DNA of 64,000 nucleotides from Stegostoma tigrinum (lineage: Eukaryota), in assembly GCF_030684315.1 (NCBI RefSeq), contig NC_081397.1:15276421-15340420 (forward strand). The letters run 5' to 3'. Both the position numbers and the translations under genes were made by a program. Below the pieces are notes generated by a model. The model saw only the letters and a program-made list of their open reading frames with translations, had not been told where the DNA came from and made no database searches. Positions 14,240-27,194 of the stretch are shown one piece after another. Position 1 is the first letter of the stretch, and each line of letters begins with the position of its first letter.

Positions 14240-16250
14240 TGTTATACCAGTTTATTATCTGAATGGTTATGGATTTGAGAAGGGACACCAGCTTGTGAAG
14301 GTAAGCATGTATGCACAGCAGGCGGTGAAGATTGCAGATTGTATGTTAGCCCTCACAGTGAGATTATTTGAATACAGAAGCAAGACTGTTGTGCTGGAAT
14401 TGCACAGGGTCATTGTGAGACTGAGGGAGCATCCGATAGAAATGTATAAAATTTAGAGTCCTATAAGATATATGCAGAAAAGATGTTCCCAATGACTGGG
14501 GGGGGTCCAGAACCAAGGTTCGAGGTTGAAGGATGCAGTGTAGGACCAAAGACTAAGATGAACATAAATGTCTTCACCCAGGGAGTGGTGAGCTTGTGGA
14601 ATTCTCTCCCACAGCAAACAGTTGAGGCCAAAACATAGGACTGAAGTGTTCAAAGAGAAAGAAGGAACAGGGTACTAAGTTGCATGTTTGGCCATGATCA
14701 TTCAAATGTTGAAGCTGTAGGAAAGGGCTGAATGGCCTTCCCCTGATGTTAGTTTCTCTGACTGTATTGATGACGCATGAAGTAACTGGTGCAAGAACTA
14801 TTCCAAACATCAACTGGGGTAGTCATAGTGTGAAATGTTTAGAGGAAGTGGAATTCTTAACATGCATCCATGGCAGCTTTTGAAGCCAGTATTGAGAAGA
14901 TCCCACATGAGAGGGAATGGTACTGGACTTAGTTTTAGGTAATTGAAGCTGAGCAAGTAGTTGAAATATCAGTGAGGGAATCAGTTGTAGACATTGATCA
15001 TAACTCTGTTAGATTCAAGATTGTCTTGTACTGGACAAGTGGTGAGCGGTGAGGTCATTGTTTCTGACTGGCACAGCCTGAATGGGCTGAAGGGCCTTTT
15101 TCTTTGTGTGTGGACCTCGACGACTGTTGTAACTTTTATACTGTTATCACCCCGCTGTGTCCTTTTATTCACTTTGGGGCAATGAGTTTTTTGAATGCAA
15201 TCTTGCAACTAAAATCCCCGATCCCTCAAACCGTTCTGATAAAGCCATCGCCCACTCTGTGGGGAATTTCCTCAAATGTGGGATTTTTCTGATTCTGGTG
15301 TTTCTGATATCTTTGCAGGTGCCGGCTCCAGCGGGAGATTTCCAAATTGCAGACGGTGAAATTATTGAGTGAGTAACTTTGACCATTCTTTTACAATTTT
15401 GAGGTTTTTGGTGAGTGCCAGTTATATCTGGGATGATGCATACGGTCGCTTTGAAATCAATCCTTGATGGGATGCCTGGTAACTTGCCAAGCTGGACCCA
15501 AAATTGGCTCAGTACTGGGAAACAGAGGGCGATGGTAGAAGGCAGTTTGTGTGACTGGAATGCAGTGTGCTGTGACATACCACAGGGATCAATGTGTTTT
15601 CGTGATATTTGTACGTGAAGTAGATAAGACTTGAGAGAGATGATGACTAAGTTTGTGAATGACACTAAAATTAGTCGGGTGTTTGACAGTGAGGAGACAG
15701 GTGTTGCGTGACTGGAACATATGAACAGATTGGTCAGAAGGCAGATTAGTGGCAGTTGCAGTTTAACCCTGATAAATGGGAGGTGATGCACTTTGGCAGA
15801 AGGAACAAGACAAGGGTGTACTCAATGAATGGCAAAACGTTAGGAAGCTCAAATGAGCAAAAGGATCTTGTGTGCTCATCCACATACTCCTGAAAAATAT
15901 AGCAGGACAAATCAATTCATGCAGTTAAGAGCATATAAGGGATGCTTCCCTTTATGGATCATTGCATAGATTTCAGGAGTAGGGTGTTATGAAGCAGTGG
16001 AGGGTCGAACGTTCAGTTAATTAACCCAAAACTCAAGCCCCAATCTGATGTTGTGGGAGTAGAGGTTCATTTCTAATGGTGTCCTTAACACCCAGAGAAG
16101 CTTGCTTTGTAATCTGTTAAAAGAATAGAACATTGAACATAGAACAGTACAGCACAGAACAGGCCCTTCAGCCCATGATGTTGTGCCGACCATTGATCCT
16201 CATGTATGCACCCCCAATTTTCTGTGACCATATGCATGTCCAGCAGTCTC
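14240..16250. mobile_element. Mosaic of old CR1-like fragments (mostly + strand; minus-strand tail at 16130-16250)
   Basis: RT remnants such as 'WTQNWLSTGKQRAMVEG..IPQGS' and several CR1 3' tails. Confidence 0.7.
15319..15368 (+). other. Candidate 50-nt internal exon (possibly 5' UTR of the zinc-finger gene)
   Basis: Pyrimidine tract plus TTTGCAG| acceptor and GA|GTGAGT donor in non-repeat sequence. Confidence 0.4.
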
Positions 16251-17829
16251 TGGTTCAAAGAAAAGAAATCCCTGATCTCCACTGGAGAAGTCACAAGTAA
16301 AAGTAACAATTTATTTATTTAGCCCTAACAATAACCAAATTGTCAGAATTACTGACAAACAGAACAACTTTTGCCCCCACCCCACCCCATACACCAGGCA
16401 CGATCTATTCCCTAACTGAACTGAATTCTCTTGGCATGCTGTCCAAAGAAACACAAGTCCCATGCAGTATAAGCCCAATGAATAAGAATAATAAATTAAA
16501 ACATAATCTCTCCAAGTTCGCATAGAATCTGTCTCTGGAACGCTCTTCCTTCTGTTCATCTCATGCCATATACACTTTTATACCGCTCATTCTGCTGTCA
16601 AGGATGTTTTCTCAGTGAAGACTCTTTGCTGGAAGTGCCGTGGTGATACCTTTTGTGGATCTGATGGCGCTTTCACTGACAGCTTCGTGATTTCTTGTGT
16701 CAGCTGGGTGCTTATTTGTCAGATGGCAGTTGGCTCTCTGCCGATTTTCCAATTGTCCTCTTCATATATACCCTTGATGACCCGTCCATTTTTTTACAAT
16801 TGCATTGGCTGCTCGGGTTATGAATTGGCTGTTTCCAGCTCATTGCCAAAACATCACAACAAGCCTACGGATTTCAATTATGCAACCAATCAGTACATGC
16901 TTCCATTTTTGGTACTGCCTGAAATCTGCAGCTGTTTAGAGACCCATTTTCTGTATAATTCTCTAATCTCAGAAAAGCACTCTATCTTTTTTGTAACTTG
17001 CACACCCTAAACATTAACCGATTCTCTGTCCTCAGATACTGCCTGACCTGTTGTGATTTTTCAGCATTTTCTGTTTATTTCAGACTTGCAGCAGCAGCTA
17101 CGGTATTTTGCTGCTCTTTTGATGATAAGTCCATAAGACAGAGGAGCAGAACCAGAGTCTGCAGTCAGTCATGGCTGATACATTTCTCAACTCCATCTCG
17201 GCCTTCCTCCCAGAACCAAGTCAAGAAACACACACTGATGAATTAAAAGGCCATTTCTAACAGGGTGGGTGGTGGTCATATTGTGGCCTATGGGTTCCTA
17301 TTATTTGAGTCACACAGAATCACTGATTACAGTGGAGAAGGAGGCTACTCTGTCCATTATGCCTGTGCTGGCCTTTCTCCAAAAGCAAATCAGTGATTCC
17401 TATTATTTGCCCTTTTCTTTCGTCTTCAGGGGCTTTTTCCAGTTAGCTTTTGTAAGTCTTTGTATCACATTGAGCTGGAGTGGTGATGAATGAGAAGTGG
17501 CTGAGTTTACCCCGAGTCCTTTCAAAGCCAGCTGGGCCCTACAACTTCCAGCGTGAATTTGTCAAAGGGAGCTGGACACTACAGAAGATTGGGTCGCTTA
17601 ACACTCCAGACAGTGTATAACAAAAGAAATGGCTTGGCGAACAAATATTCTGCAGTTGTTTCAGAAACATGGGTGTTAACTTTCCAAAATGCATCAGATT
17701 CTGGAAAGTTTCTGTCTCACTGCAAAACAACAGACACAACCTCTGTATTGAAGAGCTGAGGAAGGCAGACAACAGGAAAATACAGGCCAGTTAGGGTGAT
17801 CTGTCATGGAGGGAATGAGAATCAATTAT

Positions 17830-18150
17830 TTGGCGGTATTATCACCAGACTATTAATCTGGGGACCTGGGTTCAGATCCTGCCATGGCCGGTGGTAGAAA
17901 TTGAATTGAATAAAACTCTGGCTTTAAGTTGAACAATGGTCAAGAATCCATTGCTGATTTTTCGGAACAAAACCATCTGGTTCGCTAAGGTCCACTGGAG
18001 AAGAAAGCTGCCATCCTGAACTGGTCTGGTTTACGTGTCCAGACCCACAGCAATGTTGACTGTTAACTGCCTTCTGGGCAGTTTATGGATGACAGTGAAT
18101 GCTGGCCTAGCCAGTGCCGCCCACCACCTCTGCATGAATTTGAAAAAAAA
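17830..18150 (+). mobile_element. SacSINE1-like tRNA-derived SINE
   Basis: B-box GGTTCAGATCC, body homologous to 31693-32040, A-rich end. Confidence 0.7.
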
Positions 18151-20019
18151 ACTGAAGAAATAAGTGAACAAAAGGATTTAAATGTGCTTAGAAAGATAAA
18201 GACTGATTAGGGAGAGCCAGCATGGCTTTGTGCATTGGAAATCGTGTCCCAGTCTGTCAGTTGTGTTATTTTTTTTGAAAATGTGGCAAAGAAGATTGAA
18301 GGTCGGGCAGTAGACATTGTGTATATGGACTTCAGCAAAACACTTGACAAGGTTCCGCATGGTAGATTGGTTAGCAAGGTTAGATCACATGGAATACAGG
18401 AAGCACTAGCCAGTTGGAATCAAATATGGATTCAGGGTATGAAACAGTGTGGTGGTGGAGGGTTGTCTTTTGAACTGGAAGCCTGTGACCAGGTGGTGTG
18501 CCATAAGAATCAGTCCTGGGTCCACTGCGTTTAGTAATTATCCAAATGATTTGCATGTGATGGTATAGCTCATAGGTTTGTAGATGACACCAACATTGGT
18601 GGTGTATGGACAGTGAGGAAGGTGATCTTCTCTGAGTAGTTTGGGATCTTGATCAGTGGGCTGAGGAGTGGCAGATGGAGTTCAGACAAATGAGCGGTGT
18701 TGCATTTCAATAAGGAAAATCAGGGCAGGATTTAGACAGTTAATGGTCGGGCCCATGGGAGTGTAGCTGGACAAGGGGATTAGGGTTGCAGGTGCAAAGT
18801 CCCTTGAAGGCGGAGTTGCAGGTAGACAGGGTGGTGAAGAAGGCATTTGGTACGCTCGCCTTCATTTGTCACTGCATTGAGTTATTGGAGTTGGGATGTC
18901 ATATTGCGACTGTACAGGACATAGTTAGAATACTGTATTCTGTTCAGGTCTCCCTGCTATGGGAAAGAAGTTGTGAATCCTGAAAGCGTTCAGAGATGAT
19001 TCACAGGGATATTGCCGGTATTGGAGTGTTTGGGCTGTGGGATGGGGCTGGAAAGGATGGGGCTTTTCTTCCCTGGAGCAGTGGAGGTTGAGTTGTGAGG
19101 CTTGCCGCATCAACGGCCGTCCCAGGCAGTGCATTCCAGACTTGCACCACCCTTTAGGTGAAAAATGTTTTCCTCCATTCCCCTGTAAAATTCTTGCCTT
19201 TCACTGCAAAATGATGCCCAGTGTTATTCACCCTTCATCTAAGGGAACAATTACTTCTTTGTGTTTCTCCAATTTAGTGGAATTCTTTGAGGAGTGACTT
19301 GTGCTGTGGATAAAGGGAGCCTGATGATCTCTTGTTCTTGGCTTTCCTGAAGGCATTTCACAAGGTACCATGGAAAAGGTGACTGTTTTGAGTGGGAGCT
19401 ACTGGTTTAGTGGTGCATACCGGCCTGGATACTGGATTGGCTGGATGATAGAAAACCGAGAATATCCGTAAATGGGTGTGTTTCAGATTGTCAGAATGTG
19501 ATGAGTGGGGAGCCACAGGGCTCTGCTGAACCTAAACCTTTTGCAGTTTATATCAATGACTTGGACGAGGGAAATGAAGTCATGGTAGGTACACTTTGTG
19601 TTGCTACAAAGCTATCAGGAAAGGTGGCTGTGAAGACTTAATTTCCCGACATCAGTTTGCAGCCTTTTTGAATGAATATTTCAGGTGATCTATGATATAA
19701 CAAAATGTGAAATTGTTTGCTTGAGGGGAAAAATGAGAAAAGAAGACAGGTGCAGAATCTTTTGGGGTTTAGATATCAGGGGGATCTGGTGTAAAATACA
19801 CAAAAGATTGGGATATAATTAACAAGTGAAGATGAAGGCTCATGGAATGTTCTTGTTTATCATGAGTGGAATCGAATAGCAAAGTAAGGATTTGATAATT
19901 CAGTTGTACAGGGAATAAGTGAAACCGCACCTCCATGACTGTGTGCCGTTCTGGTCTCATTATTGAAGGAAGGATGTAAATGCGGTGGAGATTCAATAGA
20001 CTGATACCTGAATGAGTGG

Positions 20020-20207
20020 AGATAGTAGGAACTGCAGATGCTGGAGAATCTGAGATAACAAGGTGCAGAGCTGGATGAACACAGCAGGCCAAGCAGCATG
20101 AGAGGAGCTGGAAGGCTGATGAAGGGTCGAGGACTGAAATGTCAGCCTTCCTGCTCCTCTGATGCTGCTTAGCATGCTGTGTCCATTGAGCTCTACACCT
20201 TGTTATC
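20020..20207. mobile_element. Fold-back PLE-derived mini-element with central hammerhead-like core
   Basis: ~65-bp inverted arms; CTGATGA (20116)...GAAATGTC (20136); imperfect TSD CCTGAA(T)GAGTGG at 20007-20019 and 20208-20219. Confidence 0.8.
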
Positions 20208-20462
20208 CCTGAAGAGTGGGTTGTCTTCTGAGGATATTTTGGACAGCCTGGGGAATGCTCACTTGTTCAGAAGAGTGAGGTGTGACTTGCCTCATGTTTA
20301 ATAACCTGAATGGGTTTTGACAAGGTGAATGTGGACATATTTTCTCCTCAGGCTAAGTCCAGAATGGGGGAAGATGGCTTTATCATGAGAGGAGTTCTTT
20401 ATACAAGATTAGTGTGACTTTGGAACCCTCTGCCTCAAAAGACAGTCGAGACTGGATCATTG

Positions 20463-20598
20463 TGTGGAGCTGGATGAACACAGCAGGCCAAGCAGCATCT
20501 TAGGAGCACAAAAGCTGATGTTTCGGGCCTTGACCCTTCATCCAGCTCCACACTTGGTTATCTCGGATTGTCCAGCATCTGCAGTTCCCAGTATCTCT
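20463..20598. mobile_element. Fold-back PLE-derived mini-element
   Basis: Perfect 15-bp TSD GAGACTGGATCATTG at 20448-20462 and 20599-20613; arms in opposite orientation. Confidence 0.85.
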
Positions 20599-20990
20599 GA
20601 GACTGGATCATTGAACATTTTTAAGGCAGAGGTGGGTAGATACTTGTAGATACTTGTTCAGCGAGGGTATCAAAAGTTATTGGGTGTAACTAGAAATTCA
20701 AAACATGATCTTATCGGTCATCGTCGTATTGAATGATGGAACAGGCGGGAGGGCCCGATAGTTCAAATGTTAGCCGTTGTGTTCATACATTTGACATGGA
20801 GCCAAATGCGATACTGGGACAGATGCATGACTTTGTATTTTTATGGGGAGACTCTCACTTCCATTAATTCTGTTCTAAATCAATTCCACAGGATATTAGA
20901 AGGAGAGAATTTACAGTCGGGAAACTGCAACCGATCAGGATTTCAGAGTGTCCCAATTTGGTGTAACCTGAATCTCGTTGGGTTTTGAAC

Positions 20991-21461
20991 ATGGAAGGAG
21001 AATACACTGTTGACAGCGGTGAGAAACTGTACATGTGTGACGTGTGTGCACGAGCATTCAGCCGATCATCTGACCTCTCGAAACATAAACGGAGTCACAA
21101 GGAGAAACTGTGGAAATGTGGGGACTGTGGGAATGGATTCAGATCCTCGACTGAACTGGAAATTCATCGGCGCAGTCACACTGGGGAGAAACCATTCTCC
21201 TGCTCTGAATGTGGCAAGGGATTCAGTCAGAAATCCCACCTGCAGAGACACCAGCGAGTTCACACTGGGGAGAGACCATTCTCCTGCTCTGAGTGTGGGC
21301 AGGGATTCACTAATTCCTCCAACCTGCTGATACACCAGCGAGTTCACACTGGGGAGAGGCCGTTCATCTGCTGTACGTGCGGCAAGGGATTCACTTTGGC
21401 TTCCAGCCTCCAGACTCATCAACGAATTCATACTGGGGAGAGGCTATTCACCAGCTCCTAG
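20991..21461 (+). CDS. C2H2 zinc-finger protein, 5 tandem fingers (156 aa from ATG 20991)
   Basis: Five CxxC-x12-HxxxH units, most joined by TGE(K/R)P linkers; candidate splice acceptor TTCCACAG| at 20891; stop falls inside a decayed sixth finger. Confidence 0.85.
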   Translation: MEGEYTVDSGEKLYMCDVCARAFSRSSDLSKHKRSHKEKLWKCGDCGNGFRSSTELEIHRRSHTGEKPFSCSECGKGFSQKSHLQRHQRVHTGERPFSCSECGQGFTNSSNLLIHQRVHTGERPFICCTCGKGFTLASSLQTHQRIHTGERLFTSS

Positions 21462-21740
21462 TGTGGGGGGGGGGATTCCCTGACACATGTAGCTTGATGA
21501 CACATTGGTGAATTCACACTGATGAGAGAGTGTTTACCTGTTCCTACTGTAGGACAGTGTTGAGTCAATTCACATAAACGACTGTACATCAGCAGACTGC
21601 CTGTGGAGAAGCTGAGTGAGGGGATTCACTGAATCTGCCACCTTTTGGACAGTTCACACTGGGGAGAGGCTGTTCACTTTCTCTGTGTCAGGGAAGGGGT
21701 TCATTGAGTTATGAAAACTGCTGAAATGTCAGTGAGATCC
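21462..21740 (+). pseudogene. Decayed additional zinc-finger repeats in the presumptive 3' UTR
   Basis: TTCACACT(GGG/GAT)GAGAG linker remnants at ~21513 and ~21653, and GGGATTC motifs, with stops and frameshifts. Confidence 0.75.
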
Positions 21741-22067
21741 TGAGTAACTGCTGTGATGAAGGATGTATAATTTATATAAATTCCAGTTTGGAAGTTGGCT
21801 TTTATAATAGTGACACTGAATTTGGTTCATTTTCTGAAAGTTTTCTTTGAAAGAAAAAGTGTGAATCCTTGTGAAACAGTGACCTTCCTCCAGCACTGCT
21901 CAGAATGCAAGTGGCTGTGGAGCCCCATGTGGAGTGAATGGGAAATTGTTTAGACTCTTGTTGATTTGCAATGGATGAGCAAACATCAAAGGACATCATC
22001 TTGTTTTCAGTTCAGAGTAATCAAGGATTGATTTTTCTTTATAAACCCAAGGTTAGAAGGTATTTTG

Positions 22068-22254
22068 GGGATAATGGGAACTGCAGATGCTGGAGAATGC
22101 AAGACAACAAAATGTGAGGCTGGATGAACACAGCAGGCCAAACAGCATCCCAGGAGCACAAAAGCTGACGTTTCGGGCCCGAAACGTCAGCTTTTGTGCT
22201 CCTGGGATGCTGCTTGGCCTGCTGTGTTCATCCAGCCTCACATTTTGTTGTCTT
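22068..22254. mobile_element. Near-perfect spacerless palindromic PLE-derived mini-element
   Basis: Arms 22101-22177 and 22178-22254 (77 bp each, one mismatch), 33-nt unpaired tail 22068-22100, 15-bp TSD TTAGAAGGTATTTTG at 22053-22067 and 22253-22267. Confidence 0.92.
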
Positions 22255-22549
22255 AGAAGGTATTTTGTTTAGTTTGGAGATAGGACTAAGATCAGAATCA
22301 AGTTTAGCCTGTCTACTATATAGAGCTCAGAATAAGTCACTAGAAACAAAAGAACAAAAAGTTACCTGAGTAGAACTTCTGAGGAGGGTTTGGTTTGAGC
22401 TGTGAAGGTATTAGAAGCGGAAAATGTTTATACTCTCAAATTTCGGAGAATTCATGAAAGAAAATTCCATAGTTCACAGGATGTGTTTGGGCCAAACCAT
22501 TTCAGATATAATTTAGAGATTTAATATTTGATGTAATTTCTCTGGATTT

Positions 22550-23200
22550 AAACCTGTGTTTAGAAATGTGGGCACACAGTTGCAGCAGGTAATCAGGAAG
22601 GCTTGTGGAACAATGTCACTTCAAATCTCCAACTCTCTTGAAGTAAAGTTGGGATGTCTTCCTGCAACTGTACAAGGGGCTGGTGAGACCACATCTCGAA
22701 TGCAGCGAATAATTTTGGCCCCCTTACGGAATGAAAGATATTATTTTATTGGAGGTCGTTCAGAGAATGTTCTCCAGGATATTCCCTTGTATGGAGGGAC
22801 TGTCATGTGAGCAAAGGCTAAACTTCGTGGGAGTCTATTCACTGGAGTTCAGAAGAATGAGAAGTGACGAAACGTATTAAATTAGGCTTGAAAGGGTAAA
22901 TGTTGAGAGGATTTTTCACTTGCTGGAAGAATCTCAGACCAAAGTGCATTGTCTCAGAACATAGGGCCACCACCAATTTAAGACAGATGAGGAGGAATTT
23001 CTTCTGTGGAGCGTTGAGAGCCTGTGGAACTTGTTGCCACAGAACAGGGAGGCAAAGTCGGGCCTAGTCTAAAATGAAGGCTGATGTAGATTCTTGATGA
23101 AGAATTATGAGAAAATTACAGGAAAGCAGCCGTGAAGAATGTACAGAATCAGGGCTGATCTGACAATGGCAGAGCAGGCTCAAGGGACCAAATAGTGCTG
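22550..23200 (+). mobile_element. Old CR1-like 3' fragment
   Basis: 'QLQQVIRKACG' and 'ctggtgagaccacatct' (LVRPHL) remnants; 3' tail. Confidence 0.65.
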
Positions 23201-24651
23201 TTGAGAAATAGGTTGGGAGCATTGTTTTTCTCTCTGTTTTCGTCTTGTGTAATTACAATTTTTTTTTGATTTTGCTGAAGAATCTCTGCAGCGTCACATG
23301 ATTGACCACCATATTAACCAAATTAAAAGAGTAATCTCAAGTGGAGATAGTCAGACACACAATTAAACTGTCACCCAATGTACCAGAAGATGTGGAAATA
23401 AAGTGTCATCCAGTATAAAATAATAAATGAAATTCAATTCCACCTGATACTCTAGTTGTTCAATAATTTACCCCATATTTACTCACAGGAGCAAAGACTG
23501 TCAGAAGCAGAGTGAAACTCTTGGTTGCGTACCAGACTTAAGGTGGATTTTTACAGAAGAAATCCCTCCCTCTCCCAGAGAGCAGCTTGCAAAATGAATA
23601 AAGCTCAAACAGCCCTCCAACTCCATTTTAATTTAATCCCTACTTCCTGTCACGTTTTTCATGTTGTTATTGCCCTGGTCACATCGTGTTTTTGCTGGTG
23701 GTGAAAAGTCCAGCAGCTGTTTTGGTGTATCTCGGTTCAATTTGAAAGCCTCTCACTGACAGCAGAAAGCCTCATTTCCAGCATTCTACCACCAGGCAGG
23801 ACCCCTGCAGAGAGTTACAAAATTAATAAAAAAAACAGAAACATATAAAATGTATTTGCAGAACTCGGAGGGAAACAATTTTCTTTTACTTGCTGGCAAG
23901 GGATGGGACACTTGTTTGCTGGGTGTGAAACTCAGGGTTCGTATTCCACCAGGGTTTGAATCTCCTGCACTAATGGAGTATTAAAAAGGAACTTGAACAC
24001 ACAAGTAGCTGAAAAATGACACTCTGGTGTGTAATTTGCTCGTTCTCTGTAGATGCAGGGAAAATGGGATGCATCTGAGAATAAGGTGTGCATCGGGTCA
24101 GTGATCACTTGTTAATTTATGCAACATTTGTAAAAAACACAATGCACTTTCCCAGAATCACAATGGTTTAACTGACCTAACCTGGATATGCTTCAAGTAT
24201 TTATTCAGACAAAGCTTTCCCTGATATAATCTCCCCTATTTATATATAACTCTACTCCAGTTGTTGTCAGAATTATGATGGGAGAGCTGAAATGGCCATG
24301 TGAGGGACAAATGTATTGATGGTGCAGGGATAAATTCAGTTTTTGTTTTGAATATCTGACTGTGCACAGGATCCCAGATCATAGCATGAGTTTTGAGATT
24401 GCTAAAACTGCTATGGTGGAAACAAGGAAAAGAAATGGAGCTAACTTCAGAAGGATGCAGGGATTCTGATAAAATGGACAACAAACCAATGGGTGGGATG
24501 TGAAATGGGTGCAGGGACAGTGAAAGTTCTGGTTTAATTTACGTTAAACTGAATCTTACATATGTGAAAAATAAGGCTGGAGTTCTGTCTTTTCAGGAAA
24601 GGCATGTTCGGCTGTGGTGAGGGTCCAGTTTCTTTCACTGATGTTGTGGGT

Positions 24652-24996
<345 letters not shown>

Positions 24997-25052
24997 TCAA
25001 GCAAACCAGTAATAGAGACAATGGCTCAGCTTCTTTCAATGAAGTTGTGGGT

Positions 25053-25142
25053 GGCTCTTAGAAGAGCCTTTGGGTTTTGGATGTGTTATCTCAGCAGAAT
25101 GTGGTGTCTCACTTGGAGCTGGTGTTCTTGCTCACCGCCTTT
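25053..25142 (-). pseudogene. H2B: Histone H2B 3'-end remnant with stem-loop
   Basis: 25109-25142 encodes KAVSKNTSSK*; 3' UTR homologous to intact H2B; stem-loop GGCTCTTCTAAGAGCC at 25053-25068. Confidence 0.88.
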
Positions 25143-25235
25143 TTACTATCTTTCATCGTGAAACTTGATTCTGCAGGTTTTCTGCCGGGCCTTGTGTTCA
25201 CTGCCCTTGTGGAGAAAAGGTTTAGTTCCAGATCC

Positions 25236-25370
25236 AGTTGGGGGCGGGAGTTAGCTGGAGGCGGAGCTGGACATTTCTCTGCCTGTCACTCAGTTGCCTG
25301 CCCGGGCCGCCTCTCACTCTCTGTCAGCTCTTTCTCAGTCAGGTCGGGGCGGGCTATATAAAAAAGGAAG
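25236..25370 (+). promoter_or_regulatory. H4 promoter (GC boxes, CAGGTC element, TATA)
   Basis: GGGGCGGG twice, TCAGGTCGG, TATATAAAA at 25355; conserved upstream of the second H4. Confidence 0.75.
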
Positions 25371-25410
25371 GTGAGGCACCTCGGGTCTTATTCGGCAGCG
25401 ATTGGAGTGA

Positions 25411-25731
<321 letters not shown>

Positions 25732-25761
25732 GCAAATCGTCCCTTTTCCAGCGAACCCAAA

Positions 25762-25800
25762 GGCTCTTTTCAGAGCCACCCAAACCCTCGAAAGAGACCG
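25762..25800 (+). promoter_or_regulatory. Histone 3' stem-loop plus purine-rich downstream element
   Basis: GGCTCTTTTCAGAGCC at 25762-25777, ACCCA, then GAAAGAG ~13 nt downstream. Confidence 0.93.
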
Positions 25801-26200
25801 GAGACCCGAGGATAGCCTTGTATATTTCACACTTGCTATCGCAATTCGGCAGCTGCTCTGGCTTTATCTCGGTTCATTGTAAAATTAACAACAGCAAGTA
25901 GATTGTAAAAAGGGATTCGATGTTAATTTTGTTTCCCGGGGTCATCAAGTGTGAAAGAGGAACTTGGGAAAAAAAAATGGAAGTTGTTGATACATGATTC
26001 ATTGGAGATAATTATGCTCTTTGCAGATACAGGGAAACGAGACAGGGTATGGCTGCAACCTAAAATAAAGGGCAGATGAGGGACCACACATCAAGTTCTA
26101 AAACAATTACATTATTTTTAAAAAGCCGACTGACATTACTAATACATACCGAAAATCATTTGCAAAAAGTTGGTTCAGCTGTTTCAGCGAAGTTGTGGGT

Positions 26201-26216
26201 GGCTCTGAAAAGAGCC
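26201..26216 (-). promoter_or_regulatory. Histone 3' stem-loop (H2B)
   Basis: Reverse complement GGCTCTTTTCAGAGCC followed by ACCCA. Confidence 0.95.
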
Positions 26217-26257
26217 GTTGGGTTTTGGATGTGTTTTTCTCTGCATAATGTGGGGTC

Positions 26258-26638
26258 TCACTTGGAGCTGGTGTACTTGGTCACCGCCTTTGTACCCTCC
26301 GACACGGCGTGCTTGGCCAGCTCCCCGGGCAGCAGCAGCCGCACCGCGGTCTGGATCTCCCGGGAGCTGATGGTGCTGCGCTTGTTGTAATGGGCCAGGC
26401 GGGAAGCCTCCCCCGCGATACGCTCGAAAATATCGCTGACAAACGAGTTCATGATGCTCATGGCCTTGGAGGAGATGCCGGTGTCGGGGTGAACCTGCTT
26501 CATCACTTTGTAGATATAGATGGCGTAACTTTCTTTCCTGGACTTTCTCCTCTTCTTACCGCCTTTCGCTGGCGCCTTCTTGATGATTTTCTTGGCGCCC
26601 TTCTTGGAAGTTGCCTGCGCTTTCTTCTCATCTGCCAT
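26258..26638 (-). CDS. H2B: Histone H2B (126 aa)
   Basis: MADEKK...[26 protein letters not shown]...AVTKYTSSK; ATG downstream of TATA. Confidence 0.98.
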   Translation of the reverse strand: MADEKKAQATSKKGAKKIIKKAPAKGGKKRRKSRKESYAIYIYKVMKQVHPDTGISSKAMSIMNSFVSDIFERIAGEASRLAHYNKRSTISSREIQTAVRLLLPGELAKHAVSEGTKAVTKYTSSK

Positions 26639-26687
26639 CGTAACGGTCACTTTCAGACACAGAATAAGCGAAAACGGGCTCGGAGCT

Positions 26688-26810
26688 CGCTTTTTATAGC
26701 CTTACCGCGTCAGCAATGCTAATGAGGGATGGGGGAAAGTCTTGTTCATGATTGGACAGTTAAAAAGAATGTCGGAGCATGACATCAGCCTCGCTGTGAT
26801 TGGTTAGTTT
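26688..26810 (-). promoter_or_regulatory. H2B promoter: TATA, CRE half-site, variant octamer ATTAGCAT, two CCAAT boxes
   Basis: Reverse complement CTCATTAGCATTGCTGACGCGGTAAGGCTATAAAAAG; ATTGG at 26751 and 26799. Confidence 0.8.
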
Positions 26811-27194
26811 ATGGAGACAATGCGGATCTATCAGGATCTTCAATGAAATGCGAGACACAAACCAAATTCTGTACACGGAACAAACTCCGAGCTCACTCGC
26901 AAATCAACTGGTTATTGTCATTTAATGATATCTTGAACACAGTATCTGAGTGATTTTAATTGTGGCAGTGTGTTTTGTTCTACTCAAAGTAATCTTTCTG
27001 TGTAATATTATTTTATTTCATCTCTCTCTGAGTTCCGCAGGACACTTGTGTCATTGAGAGATTCAGGTTTATTGAAGGATAGTTTTGTCCAATATCTGTC
27101 AGTCTTTCCTATGTGAAAATGCGAGTGCAGTTATCTATCCGTCCCTGTCTGTTTATGCAGTGTGAATGAATATCACTCTCTCACAATCTGTTCC

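Larger units (their letters stand above)
18180..20760 (+). mobile_element. CR1-like LINE fragments (two or more copies) with nested PLE mini-elements
   Basis: 'AVDIVYMDFSKTLDKVPHGRLVSKV' and 'QVDRVVKKAFGTLAFI'. Confidence 0.8.

Noticed and set aside
16250-16990. Possible solo LTR or unknown interspersed repeat
   Set aside because: No TG..CA ends, TSD or second copy could be identified by eye.
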